From the IMG/VR virus record IMGVR_UViG_3300007517_000005, positions 1 to 64,000 of that record: 64,000 bases of DNA; one strand, written 5' to 3'. The first letter of the stretch is position 1. Every line of letters starts with the position of its first letter. The position numbers and the translations under genes are program-made. The DNA is from a virus. Below, in pieces: positions 1 through 9,069 of the stretch. The notes below the pieces were generated by a model. That model searched no databases and was not told where the DNA came from. It worked only from the letters and a program-made list of their open reading frames with translations.

Positions 1-588
1 ATTCCTCAAGTGCTGTAATAGGCGAGCCCTTAAAGCATTATCACTCTCCCTATCCACACCACCTTCTATAGCTCCTACTACACTGTCAATAGATGTATTC
101 CTATACCTACCTACAGTGAATGTTATTGATGGGTAGAATGACGATGTCAGGCGTGTACCAGATGGTAGGTCACTACCTGTAGTACTAGTTGTGGCTTGCA
201 CGTACACTGGTATCTCTATCCCCACCCCTATGTATGCCCTCTGCTGCACCTCGTACTGGTACCTAGAAGTGGGGTCAGTTAATAATGCGCCCCCTAATAG
301 TAGTACTGCCTCACTAGACTTAACTAGTACCCATCCCTTAGCTCCCACCCCTGTTAATCTACTCAATCCATAATCACTAACCCTCTTATCTAAGTCAGTA
401 CCCGTTGCAGTACTTAAATGGAACCCAGATAATATACCCTCTATTAATGAGTCCTGCTCCGCTATTGCAATAGCTACAGCTCTATACAGTATGTATATGT
501 TTGAGTAAGGAGAGAAGTCATGTAAGGAGCCCCCTAATAAGGAGTCCCTCATTGATGTCAATATCTGTGCTACTGTACGTGCTGGCAT
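1..588 (-). CDS. Baseplate J / gp47-like protein (5' part; runs off window start)
   Basis: Manual translation from ATG at 588: MPARTVAQILTSMRDSLLGG...FHLSTATGTDLDKRVSDYGLSR; the STATGxDLD...GLxR motif is typical of baseplate J. Confidence 0.8.
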   Translation of the reverse strand, partial: MPARTVAQILTSMRDSLLGGSLHDFSPYSNIYILYRAVAIAIAEQDSLIEGILSGFHLSTATGTDLDKRVSDYGLSRLTGVGAKGWVLVKSSEAVLLLGGALLTDPTSRYQYEVQQRAYIGVGIEIPVYVQATTSTTGSDLPSGTRLTSSFYPSITFTVGRYRNTSIDSVVGAIEGGVDRESDNALRARLLQHLRN

Positions 589-649
589 AGGTACTCTTAG
601 TTATTGGTATAGTAATAGATATACACGGCCTATTAAGGCACTAACTAGG

Positions 650-1018
650 ATGTCACACATGATTAGACCACAACCACCCATACAGAGTCTTGTATATGAT
701 GAAGAAGGAGTGCCTATGACTGTAGTGGGCATCAGTGCTGATGGTACATATACCCTGATGTATGAGGCGGGTAGTGATAGGGGATTCTATCGCCTTATGG
801 GGGGAGAGGAACTCTACCTATTTCTATGTAAACCATACCCTCTCGGTACTTATGATGTAGTGATAGAGATATTAGCTACTAAGACCGTGCGCGTTACCTC
901 TGATAGATTGGCAGACCTGAAGAGGGATATGGTGCCCGGTACTGACACACCCCCTATACCCTTGGGGGACTTCATGGTTATGTCTATGCGGCCTATACAT
1001 ATCGTACCTGTGAGTTAA
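650..1018 (+). CDS. Hypothetical protein, opposite strand to the virion module
   Basis: 122-aa ORF fills the gap between two minus-strand genes. Confidence 0.6.
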   Translation: MSHMIRPQPPIQSLVYDEEGVPMTVVGISADGTYTLMYEAGSDRGFYRLMGGEELYLFLCKPYPLGTYDVVIEILATKTVRVTSDRLADLKRDMVPGTDTPPIPLGDFMVMSMRPIHIVPVS

Positions 1019-1428
1019 GGTAATGGTACCTCAAATACTAACTCCTCTGTATCACCTAAATGATTGTATATGATACGTATAGATACAGCATTCATAGGGC
1101 CCTCTGCTGCCGATAGTAATGATATACCTATATCCTCTATTACTACCCCTAATGGGGCATATGTGAGTGCTCGTTCTATATGCTTACGTGCACGGCTAAG
1201 GAAATCATAGGTGAACGGCTCCCCTAACTCCCTATAGATACCATCGCCATACTGTGCATCAACGTACCTACACTCTCCTTCTTCTAGTACAGGGCGAGAT
1301 AAGTACCCCAAGGGTGTAAGTATTGCCCTTCTAACGAGGTGCCTTATTATGTCCCCTGTACTAGTCAATATTGCTAAGTCTGATCCCTGTGTGAGAAGAT
1401 CCCCATCCCTTAACTGTAAGTCCGCCAT
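1015..1428 (-). CDS. Baseplate wedge protein (gp25/gp46-like)
   Basis: MADLQLRDGDL..DLA...RRAILTPLG...YG pattern, size, position next to baseplate J. Confidence 0.7.
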   Translation of the reverse strand: MADLQLRDGDLLTQGSDLAILTSTGDIIRHLVRRAILTPLGYLSRPVLEEGECRYVDAQYGDGIYRELGEPFTYDFLSRARKHIERALTYAPLGVVIEDIGISLLSAAEGPMNAVSIRIIYNHLGDTEELVFEVPLP

Positions 1429-1516
1429 ACCTTATGTAATGCCCTAATGATTAATGTATATGTATTACCACTAAACCTATATAGGGTAAGGGTAATCTTA
1501 TATCATGCTCATGTAA

Positions 1517-1909
1517 CTACGATAACTCTATAGGCTCATATATTGAGTATGGTAAGCCTATGACTATCGGCCCCTCTTCAGCTATACCTACTACCATAGA
1601 CCCTCTCTTAGTGGCTGTGCCCCTCTCCGCTACTGCATCTATGTGTAAATAGCAGGGCCTCGGTATATCAATATCTAATATGATTAATGTAGATGGTACG
1701 ACTAACCTATACTCAAACCGTGCCTTCTTAGGCTTACACTCTATCCCTTCTACTACTGCCCTCATTGGATTAACTAACCCACACCCTAATGTTAAGCTTA
1801 AGGTTGCGCCACCCCACCCTTCAGGGGTCACTATCACAATACCTATACCCTCTATAGTTGTTGCATCTATAGGTTCTATTAGACTCTGTTCCATACCGTT
1901 AAGTAGCAC
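1517..1909 (-). CDS. Hypothetical virion-module protein
   Basis: ORF in operon order, overlaps upstream gene. Confidence 0.55.
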   Translation of the reverse strand: MLLNGMEQSLIEPIDATTIEGIGIVIVTPEGWGGATLSLTLGCGLVNPMRAVVEGIECKPKKARFEYRLVVPSTLIILDIDIPRPCYLHIDAVAERGTATKRGSMVVGIAEEGPIVIGLPYSIYEPIELS

Positions 1910-2394
1910 TCCTCTATTACGGGCATTAACTTACTACCTATATCTGATAAGGGGAACTCGTACACTGAACCTGCCCTATCTTCAAGGTACAACATACCCC
2001 TGGGGCCATATATTAGTGCCTCATTGGGCGCGTATATTGACGCTATCCACACACATGGGCAGTACCTATCCTCAGTCTGGTACGGGGTTAATGCCTCCAT
2101 CCTCCCCCTGTCATATATACGGTTCCATTGTCTCACCACTATACTCATCACACCATTTAATACAGGCCCTTGTAAGTATGAATGGTGGAAGTACACAATA
2201 CCCCCCGGTAATATCCTATCCACTACTAAGTCGGCTTCCATTACCGTTAATGGTTTATCGCACCCCGTTAATGTAATAGGTGGTATACCCCTACTATCCT
2301 CGCATAAGGTAGAGGTATATGCTATCTGTAGTATCCGGGGGTAATACTCTACTACCCTCGCCGTGTGCACATTATTACTATCTACATCTGACAT
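1879..2394 (-). CDS. Hypothetical virion-module protein
   Basis: 171-aa ORF preceded by AGGAG RBS. Confidence 0.65.
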   Translation of the reverse strand: MSDVDSNNVHTARVVEYYPRILQIAYTSTLCEDSRGIPPITLTGCDKPLTVMEADLVVDRILPGGIVYFHHSYLQGPVLNGVMSIVVRQWNRIYDRGRMEALTPYQTEDRYCPCVWIASIYAPNEALIYGPRGMLYLEDRAGSVYEFPLSDIGSKLMPVIEECYLTVWNRV

Positions 2395-2434
2395 ATCTGT
2401 CTCCTACTATTAAGCCGTACCCAATCGCTGCGCT

Positions 2435-5005
2435 CTAAGCGGTGGTAGCACCATCAGATAAGGTGCCTTTATAACCACCCTGTCCCTGCTCTACACCATC
2501 CCATAGTATAGGCCCCTTCTTCCCCTTACCACATAGTGACCAATCCTTGAGGAAGTCTAGGTCTAATCCCGGTAATACTATCTTCCCTATCTTACCAGTA
2601 ATAGAATCTAATGCTATATCAGGTAACTTCAATATAGCCTTTACATTAATCCACGACTTAGCACACGCTACTAAGTCATTCAAGAGGTTAGTTAGTGGCG
2701 TACCCATACCTATTACCTTCAATAACCTATCCACCTTCTTGATAGGGTCTAAGTCCCCTAAGAACGATGCCGCTTTATCTAAGGCCTTATCTAACGACTT
2801 ATCTACATCAATAGATACTACATCACCTTTAACAGTTAACATACCCTCCGGTAACTTTAACCCCACCTTATCCATAGCTATACCTAGTAGTTCTGCAGAC
2901 TCTAAGGTACCATCCTTACCTACTGCCTTCCCCAACCCTAGATCTTGCATGGCTTGCTGCAATGATATAGTCTCCCCTTTGACACCTGGTATCTGCCCTA
3001 GGACGGACTCAAGTACATCCCCTACCGCCATACTCTTCCCTCCACTGATAAGGGCTATGACATCCACTAGTGAGGATGGTGCACTAGTATTAGCTATACC
3101 ACCTACACCTAACTGCTCCGCCTTAGTAGAAGGAAGATTACTACTATCCATATACTGTGTAAGAGCTATACCCTTAGCAAACCCCAGTGAGGTCGCCTCT
3201 GCCTTCGATATATTACCACTAGCGTAATCCGCTAATGTAGCTATTACATCCTTAGATGCACCACCAGCTTTGAGGGCCGCATCCACCCACCCTTCACCTG
3301 TCGTAGCACCCTTACTTATAGGGCCGGTACTGCCAGGTTCGCTACGCTCGTTGCTAGCTGACACTGTGGATGTTGGCTTAGGTAATCCCTTGAGCTCAAG
3401 TGCGCGTGTCTTATATACCATGAGTGCGGCTCCGAATGTGGCAGTCAGAGCCGTTGATGATGTCTGTTTCTTATCCCCATCATTACCGTTTACACCCACC
3501 TGATCTACTGCAACCTTACCCGATATACCTACTATATTTAGGGCATCCTCTAACCATATAGGGTACTTCTCTGTGTGCACCCCCTCACTATGTGCATCAT
3601 CACTACCCTCACGCCCCCCCGCCTTCGGGGGCTTCTTCATAGAACTAGTATTCAGAGGGGCATCAGTTGGGGGCATGCAATTGATCTGTGGTACACGCGG
3701 TAATGCTATCGTCGGTAGTTTAGGTAGTTCGGGGAACTCCATACACCCTACAACCTCACTTATTACCTTATTGATTATCTCACCCATCCACCCCGTCATT
3801 GATAACGAGAACTTCTTAGTCAGCATTGTTAGTACACCACCAGCCACACCCTCTAACTTAATACCCTTCGATACATCCGCTAATAGCTTATTGGCTATAT
3901 TGATAGCCTCACCATGCACTACCATCCTCGCCATGCCTGTGACATTGGTAGTCTTACTACCTACTAATGTCGTAGAGGCTGGGGATACTAAGTTAGTACC
4001 ATCTGGTTTCAATGTGTATACGGTGCCGGGTGTAGGATTACCTACTAACCCACCTAATGCCCCTAATAAACCGCTACCACCACCTATCTTACTCAGGCCT
4101 ATACCTATTATCTTCTGCCCTAGTGAGGCCCCTAATGATGCACCTATACCTGCCATGAAGAATGATGGCGCCTCACCCTTAGCAGTGCCCTGCCCAGCAG
4201 TAAACGTTATACCTGTACCAGACGCCAATGTCTGCGTCTCTATGGCACGGGATGTGATATTCGTACCCTTCTCCTCAATGTCAGATGCCTGTATGGTGTG
4301 TAATTTAGTGGTAGTACTCACCTTATATGCGGCATCAGTACTCACCTCATTGAAGTACGTGCGGTTAGATATACCACTCTTCGAGTCCGTACCCACTAAT
4401 GTATTCCTTATCTCGTAGTTGTGGTGCACAAACTTCACATTCTCTGTAGATAGTTCGTGCCAGCTATGTGCACATTTACTAGTGTTACTTTGGCTATTGA
4501 ATGCTATCTGACTATGGGCCCCACCCATTGACACATTATCGCCCTGTATGCGCGTCAGTGGGGCCTCGAATAGAGCGTGTGAATCACTGACAAACCTTAA
4601 CCCATTAGGCTTATCATGGTGCTTCTTTGATGCCTTCATACTGTCACATAAGGCCTTCAACATCATCTCCACTTCCCCCAACATATCATCGGGTGCCTCA
4701 TGCTCATGATCGTGGAGGTGTGGCTTAGTCTTCTCTATCGTCTCCTTATGGCTAGCGAGTATTGTCTTAATAGTCTCCGCAGTAGTGGCAGCGGCCTGTA
4801 AGTATGAACCACTGCCCCCTGTAGCGGATGCTATCTCTGACATGGGCTGTAACGATACCTTTGGTGGTTCCGATATCGTATTGGGACTATCACCTTTCTT
4901 CGATGTACTAGCGGCATCCTTCGTAGATGACACCACCGCATCCTTCGCCCCATCCATTAGGGATGCTATTGCACCTGTTAACCATAAAGGACTATCTGCC
5001 ATCAT
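2435..5005 (-). CDS. Large baseplate/tail-tip-associated protein (function uncertain)
   Basis: 856-aa ORF in the baseplate cluster; S/T-rich beta-like segment and Gly-rich hydrophobic segments. Confidence 0.55.
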   Translation of the reverse strand: MMADSPLWLTGAIASLMDGAKDAVVSSTKDAASTSKKGDSPNTISEPPKVSLQPMSEIASATGGSGSYLQAAATTAETIKTILASHKETIEKTKPHLHDHEHEAPDDMLGEVEMMLKALCDSMKASKKHHDKPNGLRFVSDSHALFEAPLTRIQGDNVSMGGAHSQIAFNSQSNTSKCAHSWHELSTENVKFVHHNYEIRNTLVGTDSKSGISNRTYFNEVSTDAAYKVSTTTKLHTIQASDIEEKGTNITSRAIETQTLASGTGITFTAGQGTAKGEAPSFFMAGIGASLGASLGQKIIGIGLSKIGGGSGLLGALGGLVGNPTPGTVYTLKPDGTNLVSPASTTLVGSKTTNVTGMARMVVHGEAINIANKLLADVSKGIKLEGVAGGVLTMLTKKFSLSMTGWMGEIINKVISEVVGCMEFPELPKLPTIALPRVPQINCMPPTDAPLNTSSMKKPPKAGGREGSDDAHSEGVHTEKYPIWLEDALNIVGISGKVAVDQVGVNGNDGDKKQTSSTALTATFGAALMVYKTRALELKGLPKPTSTVSASNERSEPGSTGPISKGATTGEGWVDAALKAGGASKDVIATLADYASGNISKAEATSLGFAKGIALTQYMDSSNLPSTKAEQLGVGGIANTSAPSSLVDVIALISGGKSMAVGDVLESVLGQIPGVKGETISLQQAMQDLGLGKAVGKDGTLESAELLGIAMDKVGLKLPEGMLTVKGDVVSIDVDKSLDKALDKAASFLGDLDPIKKVDRLLKVIGMGTPLTNLLNDLVACAKSWINVKAILKLPDIALDSITGKIGKIVLPGLDLDFLKDWSLCGKGKKGPILWDGVEQGQGGYKGTLSDGATTA

Positions 5006-6044
5006 TTAACTCCTGTACTATTGCCCCTAACCTCTGCAAGCATGGGGCGTGTGCATCTCTCAGGTACTCCGCTGCCTTACTTATATCTACAGATCTCTCA
5101 TATGGGTCACTGTACGCTCTGATGTACGCATCATTAAGTACCTGTGCTGCCTGCACTACTAACAATAAATCCCACCCCCCAGGTCTACAGATACCCAATA
5201 TGTATGACATGGCCATGCGTAACCCCTGTGGGTCAGATAATACAGAGATCGACATCAGTGGTAATAGTAACTTCTCTACCACTGTTCCCGTTGATGTAGA
5301 TGGTACCCATTCACTAGCTCGCCTTATATATATCAACTCCTCATATAGGGCCCGCCATTGTGGGGGTAGTGTCAGGTGCAGTACATCCTTACCCATTAGT
5401 GGGCATAGCCCTGACCGTAACCATGCAAGTGATAAGGCAGTGATAGTAGTGCATGCCTTCTCTTCCATATCCCCTACGGGGTTGTAACCCTCACCTCGCT
5501 CTAAGTACCAATCCACTGCCTTGGGGAACTCAGTCCCCATTACCTGTACGTTATTCAGTACTTGCTGTATGGGCTCTAAATAACTATCTAAGGTGTTATG
5601 TACCTTATAGTAATCACTACATACTCTGACCATACGCGAGGGGTGCATGTACGTCGTGGGGTGCATGTACATCCCATACCCTAGACTCCCATAAGGGAAG
5701 CCCCACACAGACTCGTGATTAGTTAGCCTATCCATTAGGTAGGTACTAGGTAACTCCTTTCTCAATCCATTGATCTGTACGTAGTATGAGTAGTGCTTAG
5801 TCCTCTCAGGGACATTGATTACTGATACCCCTAGTAATGTTCATAGTAAGGATAGCAAAGTACCATCCACACCACTCTCTATGGACATTAGGTCTACTAA
5901 CCTACCCTGACTGTGGATGGTATTATATACCGTAGCTAACTCCCTCTGGTACTTATCCATAGCACTAGGGGATTCATGGGATAGGGCCGCTGTATCACCA
6001 TCCATCACCATGTAATCATCCGCTCTATACATACCCCACCTCAA
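4992..6044 (-). CDS. Hypothetical structural protein; one 350-codon frame interrupted by a single in-frame TGA at 5841-5843
   Basis: ORFs 5841..6044 and 4992..5765 share a frame and 5840-5766 is open (TLLGVSVINVPERTKHYSYYVQING). Confidence 0.6.
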
Positions 6045-6592
6045 TTATAAGTATTCTCTATTACTACATTGTGCACTAATACCCCCGCCGTACTACTATA
6101 CCCTAGCTCCCTTGTGAGGTACTGTAAACACAATGACCTATCATCTGTATCCGCTACCTCCTTGTACGTTGACCACTCCTGTGTACCCATCAGAGAGTTG
6201 ATATCCAGTAACCTTACATCACGCTCCGTCACCCCCTGTGATACCAGTGACAGCATGTACGGGGATAGTTGCACCCCATCTACTGCATTCAACATTGATA
6301 CTATCTCAAAGGGTGGTAGTGGGTCATCTAATACCCCCGCGGTAGTTGTATACGACCTCTCCCATTGGTAACTATCCCATGCCCCCAGGATACGCATGAG
6401 AGGTGATGTTACTAATAGGAACATCTGCCCCGCTCTCCTATCGCGGTACTGTGGCCCGTACGTGTACCCCATTAAGTACGTGAATATAGCTTCATGTGTG
6501 GCATTACCCCCTTCCCCTGCTATCAATTGACGTAAGGTGAGTAATGCCTCATGCCCCTCATACGCACATGAATTGTCTGTGTAGTAACCCAT
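6041..6592 (-). CDS. Hypothetical protein
   Basis: 183-aa ORF coupled to both neighbours. Confidence 0.65.
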   Translation of the reverse strand: MGYYTDNSCAYEGHEALLTLRQLIAGEGGNATHEAIFTYLMGYTYGPQYRDRRAGQMFLLVTSPLMRILGAWDSYQWERSYTTTAGVLDDPLPPFEIVSMLNAVDGVQLSPYMLSLVSQGVTERDVRLLDINSLMGTQEWSTYKEVADTDDRSLCLQYLTRELGYSSTAGVLVHNVVIENTYN

Positions 6593-7948
6593 CTAACACT
6601 CCATAACTGAACATGGATCTATACGCTGATTATTATTATCGTACACTTCCAAATGTAAGTGGGGGCCGGTACCTCTGCCAGTATTACCCGTATAACCAAT
6701 AAGTTGCCCTGCCTTTACAGAGGTGCCATCTGCTAAGCCTGCATACCTATCCATGTGTGCGTAGAATGTTTCCCCTATACTACTGCCTGGGTGTTTAACA
6801 GATAACCAATTACCATAACCCGCTTCTACCCCTTTCTCTCCTATCACACCATCTGCAGGCGCATATATTGGGGTACCAATTGGTGTACCGAAGTCTACTC
6901 CTTGGTGCATCCTACCCCAACGCATACCCATTGGTGATGTTAATGGGAATCCCTTGACTGGGTTATTCAGACTGCCTGCCTTTGGGGGTGTTGTATTGCC
7001 TCCCATACTCGGCTTAGAACTACCTGTGTTAGAACTACCTGTGACAGTCGCCACAGTGGTCTTCGTACTCATTGAGCCATACATAGGCGTAGTAGATTGA
7101 CCACCCTCTATTCCTAATGTAGTGACCTTTAATGTACACCCCCTATATATCTTACCCATCTGCATCGTCCAATCCCAGGGCGCAGTCTTCGTACAATCTC
7201 TTGTGTACGTCCCTATGATTACTGAGTTATTATTGGTACCGAGAGAGGCTGGAGCACTACCTCCACCAGGTGATGTACCACTCTTGTCTAGGGTAGTAAA
7301 CCCCTTATCGCCACCTATTGCTGGAGGTGGTAAACCTGATAGAGAACCATTAGTGGGTATACCTATCTTCTGCATAGCATTTACTATCTCATCCATCCTC
7401 CTCTTCTGATCTTCAGAGTGCTTCTCCATATTCGCCCATAACTCGGGGTGCGATACGCCTGTTGGATTAAATCCATCTACACCGACCCCTGCATCCCCTG
7501 CATATATTCGTGCTTGTAATAATGTATCTGGAGTTATACCATTCTTAGCTAAGTAAGGTAGGGTAGGAATAAACCCCTCCCTTGCCATCTTTGGTGATTG
7601 ATTCCATATATCTAGATAACTAGACATCAATAAGGTGTTAGTTGGGTCTAATCCAGCACTACGCATTAGAGGTGCCACCCTCTCCGCCTCCGCTTTTAAT
7701 ATAGGGTGGTACATGCGATCGGCCTCCTCTGGACTTGAACCTTTATAGTAAGCCCCATTGACTGAGTAATTACCTACATTCCAGGCACCATTGCCGGGGT
7801 CTCTATGCCCATCGTAGGGCCTAGTACCATCAGACAGTACTGTAAATCCCCCATCAGCAGTCCTATTACCTTCTGCCATACCAATAATCCTACCTATAGG
7901 ACTATTGATAGCTCCCCCTGCAAATAGTTTATCTATCCCTTCATCCAT
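6593..7948 (-). CDS. Virion-associated lysin: N-terminal lysozyme-like domain plus C-terminal M23 peptidase
   Basis: M23 motifs HQGVD, YAHM, TGRGTGPHLHLEV; N-terminal AEGNRT..GHxDPGNG domain. Confidence 0.85.
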   Translation of the reverse strand: MDEGIDKLFAGGAINSPIGRIIGMAEGNRTADGGFTVLSDGTRPYDGHRDPGNGAWNVGNYSVNGAYYKGSSPEEADRMYHPILKAEAERVAPLMRSAGLDPTNTLLMSSYLDIWNQSPKMAREGFIPTLPYLAKNGITPDTLLQARIYAGDAGVGVDGFNPTGVSHPELWANMEKHSEDQKRRMDEIVNAMQKIGIPTNGSLSGLPPPAIGGDKGFTTLDKSGTSPGGGSAPASLGTNNNSVIIGTYTRDCTKTAPWDWTMQMGKIYRGCTLKVTTLGIEGGQSTTPMYGSMSTKTTVATVTGSSNTGSSKPSMGGNTTPPKAGSLNNPVKGFPLTSPMGMRWGRMHQGVDFGTPIGTPIYAPADGVIGEKGVEAGYGNWLSVKHPGSSIGETFYAHMDRYAGLADGTSVKAGQLIGYTGNTGRGTGPHLHLEVYDNNNQRIDPCSVMEC

Positions 7949-8523
7949 TACATAGCCCTTATGTTGCGTATAGCTGTTGCAATAGCCTCTGCCCTACGTG
8001 TCTGGTCAGCTACATGACCTTTCATATCAGTCCATAGACTAGCGTGTGCATAGCCTGTAGGGTTGAAGCCGGGACCTACCCCCTCATCTCCTGCATATAC
8101 CCGTACCATTAAGACTGTCTCCTCCGTGATGCCATTATCTACTAGGTACGGCAATGCACATAAGAACCCATCAATTGCCATCAATGGTGATTGATTCCAC
8201 ACATCTAAATAGTTAGCCATTAATAGGGCATTAGAGCTATCCAACCCCATTGCTTCTATAACAGGGGCAACTCTTATTGCCTCCCCTTGGAGGATCTTAT
8301 GGTACATACTATCTGCATATTCTGGACTACTGCAGCTATAGTACTCACCATTGACTGAGTAATTACCTACATTCCAGGCACCGTTGCCTGGGTCTGTATG
8401 CCCATAATAACTATCAGTTACGCCCCCATCAGCGGTTCGATTACCTTCAGCTAATCCTATGATTAAACCTATGGTGCTATTGAGGGCACCACCCGTGAAT
8501 AATGATTCTACATTATGTGTCAT
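7948..8523 (-). CDS. Putative lysozyme-like protein, paralog of the N-terminal domain of 6593..7948
   Basis: Shared AEGNRTADGG, GHxDPGNGAWNVGNYSVNG and YLDxWNQSP blocks. Confidence 0.7.
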   Translation of the reverse strand: MTHNVESLFTGGALNSTIGLIIGLAEGNRTADGGVTDSYYGHTDPGNGAWNVGNYSVNGEYYSCSSPEYADSMYHKILQGEAIRVAPVIEAMGLDSSNALLMANYLDVWNQSPLMAIDGFLCALPYLVDNGITEETVLMVRVYAGDEGVGPGFNPTGYAHASLWTDMKGHVADQTRRAEAIATAIRNIRAM

Positions 8524-8544
8524 GTTTTACTACTAATAAACTTA

Positions 8545-9069
8545 CTACTGAACACCTACCCCAAAGTATATCTCTTTCTGTGGCTCCCACTTATTTACAT
8601 CCCTCCACAACCTATCCATATCTACTAAACATGGATCTCTCTCAGTAACTTCAGGGTCTAGTACCTCATCATGCAATACCACCTGTGCCCTCTCTATACC
8701 CATCTGAGATATCAAGTATGACAGCGAGTAATATATCTCTACTGTGTACGGCATAGGCCCTTCTAAACATATAGAGTATGCGAACGGGTCTACACTACCA
8801 TTAACTGATTCCCCTAAGTATGATGATGGGCCGCATGCTGACGCTTTAACGTACGCAGGTACTAGGTACACTATCTCCCCATCCCTACGTATTACGGTAT
8901 GGTAACTGGCCTTAAACCTATCATCTAATGACCATGATAAGGCACCCTCCGCAGGCCCATTAGAGTCATGTAATACTACTATCGGTACGCAAAGGCCCGT
9001 GGATATAGCACTCCCTGGCAGTCGCAGCCCTGCGGCACCTCCCCTAGGGTCGTGACCTACAGCACTCAT
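8545..9069 (-). CDS. N-acetylmuramoyl-L-alanine amidase (Amidase_2-like)
   Basis: IVVLHD, ASYHTVIRRDG, SICLEG, VVLHDE and RDP motifs; two 9-aa micro-element insertions at the N-terminus. Confidence 0.75.
   Translation of the reverse strand: MSAVGHDPRGGAAGLRLPGSAISTGLCVPIVVLHDSNGPAEGALSWSLDDRFKASYHTVIRRDGEIVYLVPAYVKASACGPSSYLGESVNGSVDPFAYSICLEGPMPYTVEIYYSLSYLISQMGIERAQVVLHDEVLDPEVTERDPCLVDMDRLWRDVNKWEPQKEIYFGVGVQ

Noticed and set aside
2425-2448. Possible decayed family-B copy
   Set aside because: Too many mismatches to distinguish from chance
5841-5843. Genome-wide stop-codon reassignment
   Set aside because: TGA, TAG and TAA all end well-supported genes and long ORFs are intact under the standard code
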